Below, in pieces: positions 1 to 9,163 of a DNA stretch of 40,634 bases. Under the pieces are notes generated by a model. It saw only the letters and a program-made list of their open reading frames with translations, ran no database searches and was not told the DNA's origin. The stretch is from the NCBI GenBank assembly GCA_050012755.1, contig JBEKGO010000025.1:1-40634 (forward strand), given 5' to 3'. A program made the position numbers and the translations under genes. The stretch comes from Candidatus Bathyarchaeia archaeon. Lineage in GTDB: Archaea > Thermoproteota > Bathyarchaeia > Bathyarchaeales > Bathycorpusculaceae. Every line of letters starts with the position of its first letter. Position 1 is the first letter of the stretch.

Positions 1-2
1 AT

Positions 3-101
3 CAGCATTGGAGTTTTATTCGCTACTATAACTATACGAGGCCTCATGAGGGAATAGGCTATTTAACTCCCGCTGAAATATACCTCAAAGAAAAAGTGTA
101 G
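3..101 (+). mobile_element. 3' end of IS481-family (integrase-core/DDE) transposase, truncated by window start
   Basis: Frame 3 reads QHWSFIRYYNYTRPHEGIGYLTPAEIYLKEKV*, matching the YN..RPH....Y.TP.E.Y C-terminus of integrase-core transposases; the stop overlaps the terminal IR. Confidence 0.85.
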
Positions 102-121
102 CCCATTTTCTAGATAGAACA
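96..121 (-). repeat. Right terminal inverted repeat of IS481-like element
   Basis: Reverse complement TGTTCTATCTAGAAAATGGGCTACAC matches 40515-40540 at 22/26 positions; the TGT terminus is typical of IS481. Confidence 0.85.
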
Positions 122-220
122 CCAAATTAACGCAAAGACATAACGATGGACCAAGTAGCAGACTCGCACAAATCAAAACACAGAGACAAATTTGGCAAAA
201 ATGCCCTATGGTTAAGCTCC

Positions 221-358
221 TTACTTACCAACTTTGTCTTTGGAAAGTAAGTATTCAACGTATTCTCTTATGGTGCGGTTTGTTTCCTTGGCTCTTTTTT
301 TGACCTCTTTATGGACACTGTCTGTGACTGTCAAGCATTTGTATCCTTTACGTGGCAA
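221..358 (-). CDS. 45-aa ribbon-helix-helix-like small DNA-binding protein (not in ORF track)
   Basis: TTG start with GGGAGA upstream; MPRKGYKCLTVTDSVHKEVKKRAKETNRTIREYVEYLLSKDKVGK* shows a beta-strand plus two-helix RHH pattern. Confidence 0.7.
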   Translation of the reverse strand: MPRKGYKCLTVTDSVHKEVKKRAKETNRTIREYVEYLLSKDKVGK

Positions 359-492
359 AAACTACCGTCTCCCAAGTACTTTACCGCACAATTAAATATA
401 TAATTAACGGTGAAGCATGACGGAGAAAAACCTGTTTATCGTGAAACTTTAAATAAATATACGTAAGCTAACTAACTTGAGAGGGGAGTAAA

Positions 493-690
493 ACGCCTAA
501 AAAGGGCTACAAGAGCATAACCGTAAAAGCTGAGGTTTACGATTACTTCTTTAGAGAATGGCTCAAAGTTAAAGAGGAATACGTCATCAAGAAAGGCATT
601 CACAGTTTCTCAGCCTATGTTACCTTCACCTTAGCTGGACTGATGAACGAAGACAAGAAGTGCAAAACCGAAAGAGATATTCATAAATAA
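493..690 (+). CDS. 65-aa RHH-like small protein with probable ACG start (not in ORF track)
   Basis: (M)PKKGYKSITVKAEVYDYFFREWLKVKEEYVIKKGIHSFSAYVTFTLAGLMNEDKK...; GAGGGGAG at 481-488; in-frame TGA at 478-480 upstream; N-terminus resembles that of 221-358. Confidence 0.65.
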   Translation, partial: TPKKGYKSITVKAEVYDYFFREWLKVKEEYVIKKGIHSFSAYVTFTLAGLMNEDKKCKTERDIHK

Positions 691-936
691 AAAAGCCTAT
701 TTGGCTAATGACTACTTGAGAAAGTGCATTGGCACGGTTCTTCAAAAGCACCAATTATCAATGAAGGAATCGGATAGCTCACTAGTAATTTACCGTCCTC
801 GAACTTGGCCAAACTATTCTAAGGTTTTTTATTCCTCCAAAAATTCAACTTGGCCTACGCTTTCTTGCTGTTGTAGTTACCTAGCAGTCACATACAGTTA
901 TTTTATCAATTGCAGAACTAGTTATGGTTAGCTTTT

Positions 937-1932
937 ATGAACGACATTATTACGGTAAAGAATCTCGTTGAAGTTTATTCTGACGGCACCAAAGCCGTTG
1001 ACGACATCTCTTTTAGGGTGGCTGAAGGAGAATTCTTCGGTTTTCTTGGGCCTAACGGAGCGGGAAAAAGCACAACAATCAAGATTCTAACGACCCTTCT
1101 TAGAAAAACGTCGGGCTCGGTTACTATTGCAGGATACGACGTTGATAAACAAGCAGCCGCCATACGCAAGATCATCGGTGTTCAAAGCCAAGAAACAACC
1201 GTGGACGGTGACCTCGCTGGAAGAGAGAATATTACACTTCAAGGTCATTTTCACCAGATGAGCGGAGATGAAATCAAGAAAAGAGTAAACGAACTTTTGA
1301 TTCTCGTAGGTCTTGAAGACGCCGCCGAAAAACGCGCCAGAAACTACTCCGGCGGAATGAAAAAACGCCTTGACCTCGCCACTGCTTTAGTCCACAAGCC
1401 CAAACTCCTGTTCCTTGATGAACCAACCACTGGTTTGGATCCACAATCCCGATCGGCTATTTGGAGTTATTTGGAAAAATTAAACAAAGAAGAAGGAATA
1501 ACCATTTTTCTAACCACGCAGTACCTGGAAGAAGCCGACAAGCTATGTAAAAGACTTTCAATTATTGACGTTGGAAAAATAGTTGCAAGCGGCTCTCCCC
1601 TCGAGCTAAAACGTGAAATTGGCGCAGACTCTATAAGAGTCTCACTTGAAAACTGCAAAAAAGACAGCGCTAAAGCCAAAGAACTCATCGAATCAATGAC
1701 GGGCGTCGCTCAAATTGTGGATTCTGAAGAATGTCTCACTGTTTACGCAAAAAACGCCGGTCTGCTAATAGCTGATATCGTGCGTGCACTTGACAGCAGT
1801 GACATTCGACTTACATCAGTTACGTTTTCCTCGCCTTCACTTGATGATGTCTTTTTGAAACACACTGGCAAAAGAATCCGAGCTGAAGAACTCGTCAAGG
1901 CTCCCAGTAGAATGTTTGGAGGGAGGCGCTAA
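937..1932 (+). CDS. ABC-2 type (DrrA-like) exporter ATP-binding protein
   Basis: Walker A GPNGAGKST, signature YSGGM, Walker B LLFLDEPTTGLD, C-terminal SLDDVFL. Confidence 0.95.
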   Translation: MNDIITVKNLVEVYSDGTKAVDDISFRVAEGEFFGFLGPNGAGKSTTIKILTTLLRKTSGSVTIAGYDVDKQAAAIRKIIGVQSQETTVDGDLAGRENITLQGHFHQMSGDEIKKRVNELLILVGLEDAAEKRARNYSGGMKKRLDLATALVHKPKLLFLDEPTTGLDPQSRSAIWSYLEKLNKEEGITIFLTTQYLEEADKLCKRLSIIDVGKIVASGSPLELKREIGADSIRVSLENCKKDSAKAKELIESMTGVAQIVDSEECLTVYAKNAGLLIADIVRALDSSDIRLTSVTFSSPSLDDVFLKHTGKRIRAEELVKAPSRMFGGRR

Positions 1933-1934
1933 GA

Positions 1935-2708
1935 ATGACTTTGCTTTCTGATACCCGTTACATTTTCATTAGGTACATGACAAAACTTGTTCGAACTCCT
2001 ATTCTGCTTTTCTTTTCGCTCTTCCAACCCCTTCTGTTCCTTTTACTATTCACACAGTTGCTAGGCAGACTGGGCAATTTTCCAGGAGTGCTGCCTGCAG
2101 GAGTAAGCTATCTGGAGTTTGCTGCCGCGGGAATTTTGATGCAAAACGCTTTTGGAAGTGCATTGCAATCAGGAAACTCGATAGTTGCTGACATCGACTC
2201 TGGGTTTTTGCAGAAAATGCTTGTGACCCCTGTCAGTCGACCCGCGATTTTGCTGGGTAGGTTAAGTAGTGACGCCTTTAGAGTAGTTGTCCAAACCGCC
2301 ATAATTCTTGTCTTAGCATATGCATTAGGGGCCTATGTCAAAACTGGTGTCCTCGGAATTCTAGGTATCTTCTTTACGCTTGCATTCTTTGGGCTCGCGT
2401 GGTCAGGAATTTCTTTAGCGTTAGGCATGAAGACCAGAAGTTCTGAGACAGTTTTTGCCATAGGAGGAGTTATCACTTTTCCTTTGCTGTTCTTGAGCCC
2501 CGCGTTGTTCCCGATTAATTTCCTGCCATCCTGGGTGGGAACTGTCTCTATGTTTAACCCTGTGAGCTACGCTGTTAACGCCAGCAGGGCGTTTATGATT
2601 ACTGGCTACGATTGGGGCACGATACTGCCTGCTTGGGGGGTCATTGGGCTAGTGGCCGTAATAACAATGAGTGCAACATTGTATCAATTTAGAAAAGTAG
2701 TAAGCTAA
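1935..2708 (+). CDS. ABC-2 type exporter permease
   Basis: About six hydrophobic segments; 'G.L.KMLVTPVSR..ILLG' and 'NPVSYAVNA.R' ABC-2 motifs; 2 nt after the ATPase stop. Confidence 0.93.
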   Translation: MTLLSDTRYIFIRYMTKLVRTPILLFFSLFQPLLFLLLFTQLLGRLGNFPGVLPAGVSYLEFAAAGILMQNAFGSALQSGNSIVADIDSGFLQKMLVTPVSRPAILLGRLSSDAFRVVVQTAIILVLAYALGAYVKTGVLGILGIFFTLAFFGLAWSGISLALGMKTRSSETVFAIGGVITFPLLFLSPALFPINFLPSWVGTVSMFNPVSYAVNASRAFMITGYDWGTILPAWGVIGLVAVITMSATLYQFRKVVS

Positions 2709-2935
2709 GGGTAAATGTGCGCGTCAACATCCATCGGATTATGTAAGCGCGTAATTTTTGCTTCAATCAATTCTGATTCAGCATCGATTCCTTTCAGCGC
2801 TTTAGAAAACCCAGCCATGATGTTGCCAATGGTTTCTTGTACAAAATTGTTTAAAGGCAACTCTTTTCCATCTACGAACATTTTTGTGTCAAAAGATTTT
2901 TTCATTATTCTATGTTTTTCTCCCAATAAATTCAC
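2705..2935 (-). CDS. Small hypothetical protein resembling the C-terminal domain of archaeal MobB-like proteins (true start probably MKKSF)
   Basis: VDGKELPLNNFVQETIGNIMAGFSKALKG pattern recalled from such domains. Confidence 0.55.
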   Translation of the reverse strand: MNLLGEKHRIMKKSFDTKMFVDGKELPLNNFVQETIGNIMAGFSKALKGIDAESELIEAKITRLHNPMDVDAHIYP

Positions 2936-3135
2936 GAGCTAAAAATTTAATTCTAAAACTGATAAACCATTCGATAACAAGATATGCATGAGGAAACGCA
3001 AGCCACTATAGTTTATTGCCTTCGCGTATTGAGCTATATATTTTAATGCAAAAATATGGGAAAAAAAGCTTGCTTAAAGTAACAGCTAATATACTTGAAC
3101 AATCGATTTAGTTTGGACTTAACAAAAATTTACCT

Positions 3136-4845
3136 TTGGAAAAAAGGAGCGGCACTGTGCTTAGTAAACTATGGATCAAGCTCAATGCGTTGTCCTCGAA
3201 AAAGCCCTTAAAGTACACCCTCTATCTTTCTGCAATTATTATTTTCTTTGCTATAATTCTTATTCCACCCATAATCGGCATTTTAATTAAGGCACCGACA
3301 ATAGGCAACATCACCAGCCAACCTGCCTTAATGAACACGGCATTGGGCGCAATCTCAAACTCATTCACCATTGGCTTAATCGTCGCCGCTTTAGACCTCC
3401 TTGCGGGAGTGCCCTTAGCCTGGCTTATTACCCGTGGAAAATCAAGATGGCTAAGTGTCCTCGATACCTTGGCTGATTTACCATTTGTTGTTCCGACCGC
3501 CGCTTTAGGTTATTCGCTTCTGCTGTTTTGGAGTTCTGGCGGAGGCATATCCGCATTTTTTGGAGGACCACTTGTTTCCCCCGGTTGGTTGCTTGTGATG
3601 CTTTTGCATTTCACTTTTTCTTTCCCCGTGGTTGTCCGTATAATAGTTGGAGCAATGCTTGATTACAAGATGGAATATGAACGAGCGTCAAGAACACTTG
3701 GTGCTCCGCCGTTAACCGCTTCTAGAACCGTCACCTTTCCTATCACAAAGCCATCCCTAATTGCAGCGTTCTCTTTGGCATTCGCCCGGTCGCTCTCAGA
3801 AACGGGCGCAACGTTCATTGTGGCGGGCGCCGTCTTCATGAATGGCCCTGTTTTCTTACAAACAATTAGTAATGAGTTTAAAAAAGGCGCAATCCCCATA
3901 GGCACCTATGAAGGTGCTACTGTCTTTGCAAGCTTAATATTAATCGTTGTTTCGCTTAGCCTTTTTGCGTTAATACGTATTTTAGGGCAAAAAATAAAAT
4001 TGCCGTTTGGTCACGGCTTGCCCGTTATTGAGAAAAAAATCAGTTACAAAAAAGGGGCTTGGTCAAGAAACAGCATTGCATTATTTGTCTTTGTATTTTT
4101 AGTTTTGATACCTTCACTTTTTGTTGCTTTGCCAGCTTTCCAAGCAGTTGCTAATGGAACCCCGCTAATTCAGGCTTTAGCTGGAGCAGGTATATGGACA
4201 AGCTTCTGGCAAAGCTTGCTTTTATCTTATGTCTTAGCGGGCATTGTAACAGTCCTAGGCATTGTTCTTGGTATACCGATGGCAATACTGCTTGCGCGTA
4301 AAACATTTGGCAAATGGCCCTCAGCAATACTTGACTCATTAATCAATGTCCCTATCATCGTACCATCAATCGCCTTAGGCGTCTCCCTGAAATTTTTCTG
4401 GCAAGGGGTCCCCGGCATACCTGCTTTTCTGCTGTTGGTATTTGCCCACTTAGCCATTACCTACCCCTATTTTGTAAGGTCCATGTCTGCAGCAATGGAG
4501 AGAATAAGCGTAGATATGGAAGAAGCTGCAAAAACACTAGGAGCTAAACCTCTTACAGTTTTTAGATCAATTGTACTGCCACTCACGAAATACTCTATTC
4601 TTTCAGGAGCAATAATCGTTTTTACCAGAAGTGTAAGCGAAACAGGTGCAACGTTGGCTGTTTCTTCAAATTTGCAGACGGCGCCTGTGCTGATTGTCAA
4701 CTGGGTTAACTCTCTTAGAGGCGTTACAAAACCAATCATAGGGGTTAACTCATTAACGGTGGGTTTAGCTTGCGGCATTTTGATACTGCTAAGCTTCATA
4801 ATACTACTGGTTTTAAGGCTTTTAACTAGAAAAGGGAAGGTTTAG
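3136..4845 (+). CDS. ABC importer permease with two BPD_transp_1 domains (Fe3+/thiamine/oxyanion class)
   Basis: Two EAA loops (YERASRTLGA, MEEAAKTLGA), duplicated 'RSLSETGAT/RSVSETGAT', about 12 TM segments. Confidence 0.9.
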   Translation: MEKRSGTVLSKLWIKLNALSSKKPLKYTLYLSAIIIFFAIILIPPIIGILIKAPTIGNITSQPALMNTALGAISNSFTIGLIVAALDLLAGVPLAWLITRGKSRWLSVLDTLADLPFVVPTAALGYSLLLFWSSGGGISAFFGGPLVSPGWLLVMLLHFTFSFPVVVRIIVGAMLDYKMEYERASRTLGAPPLTASRTVTFPITKPSLIAAFSLAFARSLSETGATFIVAGAVFMNGPVFLQTISNEFKKGAIPIGTYEGATVFASLILIVVSLSLFALIRILGQKIKLPFGHGLPVIEKKISYKKGAWSRNSIALFVFVFLVLIPSLFVALPAFQAVANGTPLIQALAGAGIWTSFWQSLLLSYVLAGIVTVLGIVLGIPMAILLARKTFGKWPSAILDSLINVPIIVPSIALGVSLKFFWQGVPGIPAFLLLVFAHLAITYPYFVRSMSAAMERISVDMEEAAKTLGAKPLTVFRSIVLPLTKYSILSGAIIVFTRSVSETGATLAVSSNLQTAPVLIVNWVNSLRGVTKPIIGVNSLTVGLACGILILLSFIILLVLRLLTRKGKV

Positions 4846-4895
4846 AATGATAACTAATAAATGCATTAAAACAGCATCAATTGGAGAGTTAACTT

Positions 4896-5993
4896 ATGCC
4901 TGATATCCGAGTCGTAAACTTGACAAAAAAATACGGAAAAATATGCGCTTTGGACAATGTTAGCTTAACCATAAAAGACAAAGAGTACTTCTCACTGCTT
5001 GGACCAAGCGGCTGCGGCAAAACAACCCTTCTGCGTCTTATAGCTGGGCTTATTGAACCTGACAGCGGCGAAATCTACATTGGGGACCGACGGGTAGACA
5101 AAGATCCACCTGAAGACCGAGACGTCGGTTTTGTATTCCAAACCTTTGCCCTTTTCCCGCATATGACCGCCTGGGGCAACGTAATTTACGGTCCAAAAGT
5201 GAAGAATTACGACCAGAAACAAGCTGACACCATTGGGCACGAAGTTTTAGAGCTTGTAAAACTTAACGAACGCTTGACCGCTTATCCCAGTGAACTTAGT
5301 GGTGGCATGATGCAAAGAATAGCTGTTGCCCGAGCGTTGGCTGCAGGCGCCAAAACGCTGCTTTTAGATGAGCCGTTAGGTCAGTTGGACGCAAAGGTTC
5401 GAAATGAAATTAGGTATGAAATTCGAAGAATGGCTAAAGACCTCAAACTGACGGCAATTCATGTAACGCACGATCAGGCCGAAGCAATGTCAATTTCAGA
5501 TAGGATTGCAGTTATGAAAAATGGAAAAATCGTTCAAATTGGCAGTCCACAAGAATTATACATGCATCCGAACAGCTTGTTTGTTGCTCACTTCATCGGT
5601 GAATCCAACTTTTTAGAAGGCTACATTACCAAGACAAATGGCTATTCTGAATTAGAGTTACGTGGCGGATTAAAAATTAAAGCCCAAAACACTGAAATAA
5701 AAGAGGGCGAAAGAATAGTTTTAGCGATAAGACCTGAAACATGCGAAATGAGAACCGGGCATGTCTCCACCGAAAACGCGTTGTTTGGGAAAATTGATAA
5801 AGTGACTTTTGAAGGAACTTTCGTCCGCTATGAAATCAGGCTTGAAAATGGCGACCGCTTAGTAATAAACAGGCCCTCCCTAACTGAAGAATGGGTTGAA
5901 ATCGGACAAGAAGTAACTATCACTTATCCACTTGAGAAGGCTCATATTTTTGCGTATCCAGAAGCGGGTTTAACTGAGGAGATCTCAGTCTAA
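4896..5993 (+). CDS. ABC importer ATP-binding protein (PotA/FbpC-like, C-terminal TOBE-like domain)
   Basis: GPSGCGKTT, VFQ..ALFPHM, LSGGMMQR, LLDEP, HVTHDQAEA. Confidence 0.93.
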   Translation: MPDIRVVNLTKKYGKICALDNVSLTIKDKEYFSLLGPSGCGKTTLLRLIAGLIEPDSGEIYIGDRRVDKDPPEDRDVGFVFQTFALFPHMTAWGNVIYGPKVKNYDQKQADTIGHEVLELVKLNERLTAYPSELSGGMMQRIAVARALAAGAKTLLLDEPLGQLDAKVRNEIRYEIRRMAKDLKLTAIHVTHDQAEAMSISDRIAVMKNGKIVQIGSPQELYMHPNSLFVAHFIGESNFLEGYITKTNGYSELELRGGLKIKAQNTEIKEGERIVLAIRPETCEMRTGHVSTENALFGKIDKVTFEGTFVRYEIRLENGDRLVINRPSLTEEWVEIGQEVTITYPLEKAHIFAYPEAGLTEEISV

Positions 5994-6115
5994 TTTTACT
6001 TGCAATCATCTTTTCATTTTTACGTTAATTCTTAATTAACGATGGACTTCGCAATATTTTTGTTCTTAATATTTAAATCCAAGAATGTTGCTTTGGAAAT
6101 TAAGCTCGGGGTAGT

Positions 6116-6364
6116 ATGGGAGAAGAGATAGCGGAACAAGATAGTATAGTCAGCGATCATGGTGATAGCATTTACTTGAGATCAGATAGCCATCCAACAG
6201 CTAACTGCAAGATTGTTTGTTTGCAGATGTTTTATTCAGATAACCTTATATTCGTTCACGAATACGCTTTTGGTTATAACAAATCCAAATCTGACTCTAC
6301 TCTTGATGTAGATTTAATGATTAAAAACAAAAGCATTAATGGAGAAGTATCGTATGTTTGTTGA
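6116..6364 (+). CDS. Hypothetical 82-aa protein upstream of hydrogenase cluster
   Basis: ATG preceded by GGGGT; AT-rich TATA-like sequence upstream; no recognisable motif. Confidence 0.4.
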   Translation: MGEEIAEQDSIVSDHGDSIYLRSDSHPTANCKIVCLQMFYSDNLIFVHEYAFGYNKSKSDSTLDVDLMIKNKSINGEVSYVC

Positions 6365-6498
6365 AGCCCTTATTGCGGTTACGTCAACATTCCTATTAAC
6401 ATTAGCGATTAACACTTTGGGCAAAAAGTCTTTAATGTTACTCTCTCATCTTGGGCGTTCACTTGCCTTGGACAAGTTCTTTTAAGAGGAGATAATAC

Positions 6499-7068
6499 AT
6501 GATGGCAAACGTAGTAACATGGGCTCGTGTAAAATCTCCGTGGGTCATACACTTCAACTCAGGCGCCTGCAACGGATGCGACATTGAAATAGTAGCATTG
6601 CTGACACCAAAATATGACGTCGAACGCTTCGGCGTTAAACTTGAGCCCTCACCCAGGCATGCTGATGTTTTACTGGTAACGGGCGGTGTCACAAAACAAT
6701 GCGAAGAACGACTAAAACGGATATACGACCAAATGCCACAACCCAAATTTGTTGTTGCAATCGGCGCATGTGCATGCTCAGGCGGGGTGTTCGCAGGATG
6801 CTACAACGTCGTCGGCGGCGTAGATAAGGTGATTCCAGTTAATGCATATATTCCTGGCTGTCCGCCACGCCCAGAAGCACTTTTGGATGGAGTAGTTAAG
6901 CTTCTGAATGCCTTAGATCCGCCTAAACCAAAAAAACAAGCGAAACAACCTCAATTGCCCAAAGAAGAGCCAAAGGCTGAGGCTATAAAACCAGAAGCAG
7001 CTACCCCCCAAGAGGTTAAACAAATTGTTAATGAGGAAAAACCAAATGTCAAACAGCAACAAGATTGA
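6499..7068 (+). CDS. Group 4 [NiFe] hydrogenase small subunit (NuoB/EchC-like)
   Basis: GACNGCDIE, PRHADVLLVTG, IGACACSGG, YIPGCPPRPEA; Pro/Lys/Glu-rich tail. Confidence 0.93.
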   Translation: MMANVVTWARVKSPWVIHFNSGACNGCDIEIVALLTPKYDVERFGVKLEPSPRHADVLLVTGGVTKQCEERLKRIYDQMPQPKFVVAIGACACSGGVFAGCYNVVGGVDKVIPVNAYIPGCPPRPEALLDGVVKLLNALDPPKPKKQAKQPQLPKEEPKAEAIKPEAATPQEVKQIVNEEKPNVKQQQD

Positions 7069-8620
7069 TATTATTAGCGTAATTGAATCAAAAGTTCAAT
7101 CCAAGATCCAAATCCAAATGGGACAGCTTGGTAAGGCTGCAATAATTACCAGTAATGGCTCACACAGAGACGTTATCAAAGCCATGGTGGAGGCTGATGA
7201 AAAAACTGCAGTTTCCGCCATAACCGGTCTTGATCTTGGTCAAAACCTGGGCATCCTCTATCATATTCGCACCTCCAATGCTTTCATAACGATAAGAGCT
7301 GAGGTCTCAAAAGAAAACCCGAAAATTGCAACTATTGTAGACTTAATGCCAGGCGCAACTTTTCACGAATTAGAGGTAGCGGATTTATTTGGTGTAATTT
7401 TCGAAGGGAACACCCTCTCCGGTCATTTCGTTTTAACCGAAGATTGGCCTGAAGGCGTTTATCCACTTAGAAAAGACGTTAACGCAAACGAAGTTAAACT
7501 TAATCCTGCAAAAAACGTCGAAAAAAATTCAGAAAATGATAATGTTGTCAAAATTATTATTGGTCCTCAACACCCTGCGTTATTGGAACCGGAAAAATTT
7601 GCAGTTACAGTCGAAGGCGAAATCGTAACTAAAGTCGAACCTCGCATTGGTTATGTACATAGAGGAATCGAGAAGGCGTCTGAGTCACGCAGTTACGTGC
7701 AAGATGTTTACTTAGTTGAAAGAATATGCGGTATATGCAACTCTATTCACGCAGCAAGTTTTGTTGAAACTGTAGAAAAAATATTGAAAACCGACGTTCC
7801 GCCAAGAGCTAAATACTTACGAACAATAACTTTAGAACTAAACAGATTGCACAGTCACTTGCTAACTTTAGGGCATGCATGCTTAGAAATAGGATATGAT
7901 ACCATGTTCCAATATTTCTGGCGTGACCGCGAACCCATAATGGACCTTATTGAACTAACAAGCGGCAACCGAGTTTATTCCTCAATAATGACGGTGGGCG
8001 GCGTAAGACGCGACTTAAAAGAAACAGACATTCCAAAAATCAAAAATACCTTAGCTGATTTGAGAACAAAAATACCCTTCTACAAACACACCTACGAAAC
8101 CAATTCATCCATAAAATTACGCATGCAAAACGTTGGCACATTATCAAGGCAAGATGCCTTGAAACTCAATGTAGTAGGCCCTGTTGCAAGAGGTTCAGGC
8201 GTAGACATAGACGTACGCAAGGATGAACCTTACGAAGCTTATGGCGAAATTCCATTCAAAGAAATAACCTACACCGAAGGCGACTCATGGGCTCGCATGA
8301 ATGTTCGCATGGATGAAATTGAAGAAAGCATCAAAATTATCGAATATGCACTTGACCATTTGCCGAGCGGACCATATAGAGTTAAGGCGCCTAGAATTGT
8401 TCCTGCAGGCGAAGCAGTTAATCGAGTTGAAGCACCAAGAGGCGAGCTTTTCTACTATGTAAAAAGCAACGGGACAGCCAATCCAGAACGCGTTAAAGTC
8501 CGCACACCAACCTTCGCAAACATTCCCGCATTCCTCAAAACAGCAATTGGAGAAAACCTTGCTGATGTCCCCCCGAACTTTGTCAGTTTAGATCCTTGTT
8601 TCTCATGTACAGATAGATAA
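7046..8620 (+). CDS. Group 4 [NiFe] hydrogenase large subunit, NuoC-NuoD-type fusion
   Basis: N-terminal NuoC-like domain (E.ADLFG..F.G, YPLRKD); GPQHP, HRGIEK; L1 RICGIC and L2 DPCFSCTDR*; ATG at 7046 with GAGGA upstream preferred over TTG at 7025. Confidence 0.93.
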   Translation: MSNSNKIDIISVIESKVQSKIQIQMGQLGKAAIITSNGSHRDVIKAMVEADEKTAVSAITGLDLGQNLGILYHIRTSNAFITIRAEVSKENPKIATIVDLMPGATFHELEVADLFGVIFEGNTLSGHFVLTEDWPEGVYPLRKDVNANEVKLNPAKNVEKNSENDNVVKIIIGPQHPALLEPEKFAVTVEGEIVTKVEPRIGYVHRGIEKASESRSYVQDVYLVERICGICNSIHAASFVETVEKILKTDVPPRAKYLRTITLELNRLHSHLLTLGHACLEIGYDTMFQYFWRDREPIMDLIELTSGNRVYSSIMTVGGVRRDLKETDIPKIKNTLADLRTKIPFYKHTYETNSSIKLRMQNVGTLSRQDALKLNVVGPVARGSGVDIDVRKDEPYEAYGEIPFKEITYTEGDSWARMNVRMDEIEESIKIIEYALDHLPSGPYRVKAPRIVPAGEAVNRVEAPRGELFYYVKSNGTANPERVKVRTPTFANIPAFLKTAIGENLADVPPNFVSLDPCFSCTDR

Positions 8621-8632
8621 AGGTGAAAATAT

Positions 8633-9028
8633 ATAGCGAATAAAAAAAGAGCTTCATCTTCCAACATAGCAAGACGGGCATTTTCATCCATCTTTAAAAA
8701 ATCAGCGACTCAAAAATACCCCTTTGTAAAGGCTTCCGTGGCTGATGGCTTTCGAGGTAAACAAATATTTGACATTGAAAAATGCATAAGCTGTGGATTA
8801 TGTTCCAAAGATTGCCCCGCAAATGCCATAGAAATGATCGATGTTGAAGGCAAAAAAAGACCCCTTTTTCATTTGGACAGATGCGTTTTCTGCTATCAAT
8901 GCGCCGACACTTGCCCCAAGAAAGCGATTCAACCAACTTCGATATTTGAACTAGCCTGTATTGATAAAAAAACGCTTGAGCTGAGACCTCAACCACTACA
9001 GGCCTCAGTAAAACAACCAACTTCGTAA
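8633..9028 (+). CDS. 2x[4Fe-4S] subunit (NuoI/EchF-like); N-terminus extends to a probable ATA start at 8633
   Basis: CISCGLCSKDCP and CVFCYQCADTCP; the in-frame stretch FKKSATQKYPF...GFRG (NuoI-type N-terminal motif) begins upstream of the track's GTG at 8738. Confidence 0.88.
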   Translation: MANKKRASSSNIARRAFSSIFKKSATQKYPFVKASVADGFRGKQIFDIEKCISCGLCSKDCPANAIEMIDVEGKKRPLFHLDRCVFCYQCADTCPKKAIQPTSIFELACIDKKTLELRPQPLQASVKQPTS

Positions 9029-9163
9029 ATTCTTTGTTTCCTGAGGATTTCACATTTTGGCCATCAATTTCTTACTGCCATTTTCAACTAGTTAAGATTA
9101 TTTAATAAAAACAAAATGTTTGGTTATGAAAAAAATTTGGAGTATAACGTAGGTAGTTGCTAA

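Noticed and set aside
122-209. Possible ATA-start minus-strand ORF (GHFCQICLC...) after a GGAG motif, cut by the IS
   Set aside because: Too short and no recognisable homology; not counted as evidence for non-canonical starts.
701-931. 76-aa ORF in the track
   Set aside because: No motif, atypical composition, occupies the likely promoter region of the ABC operon.
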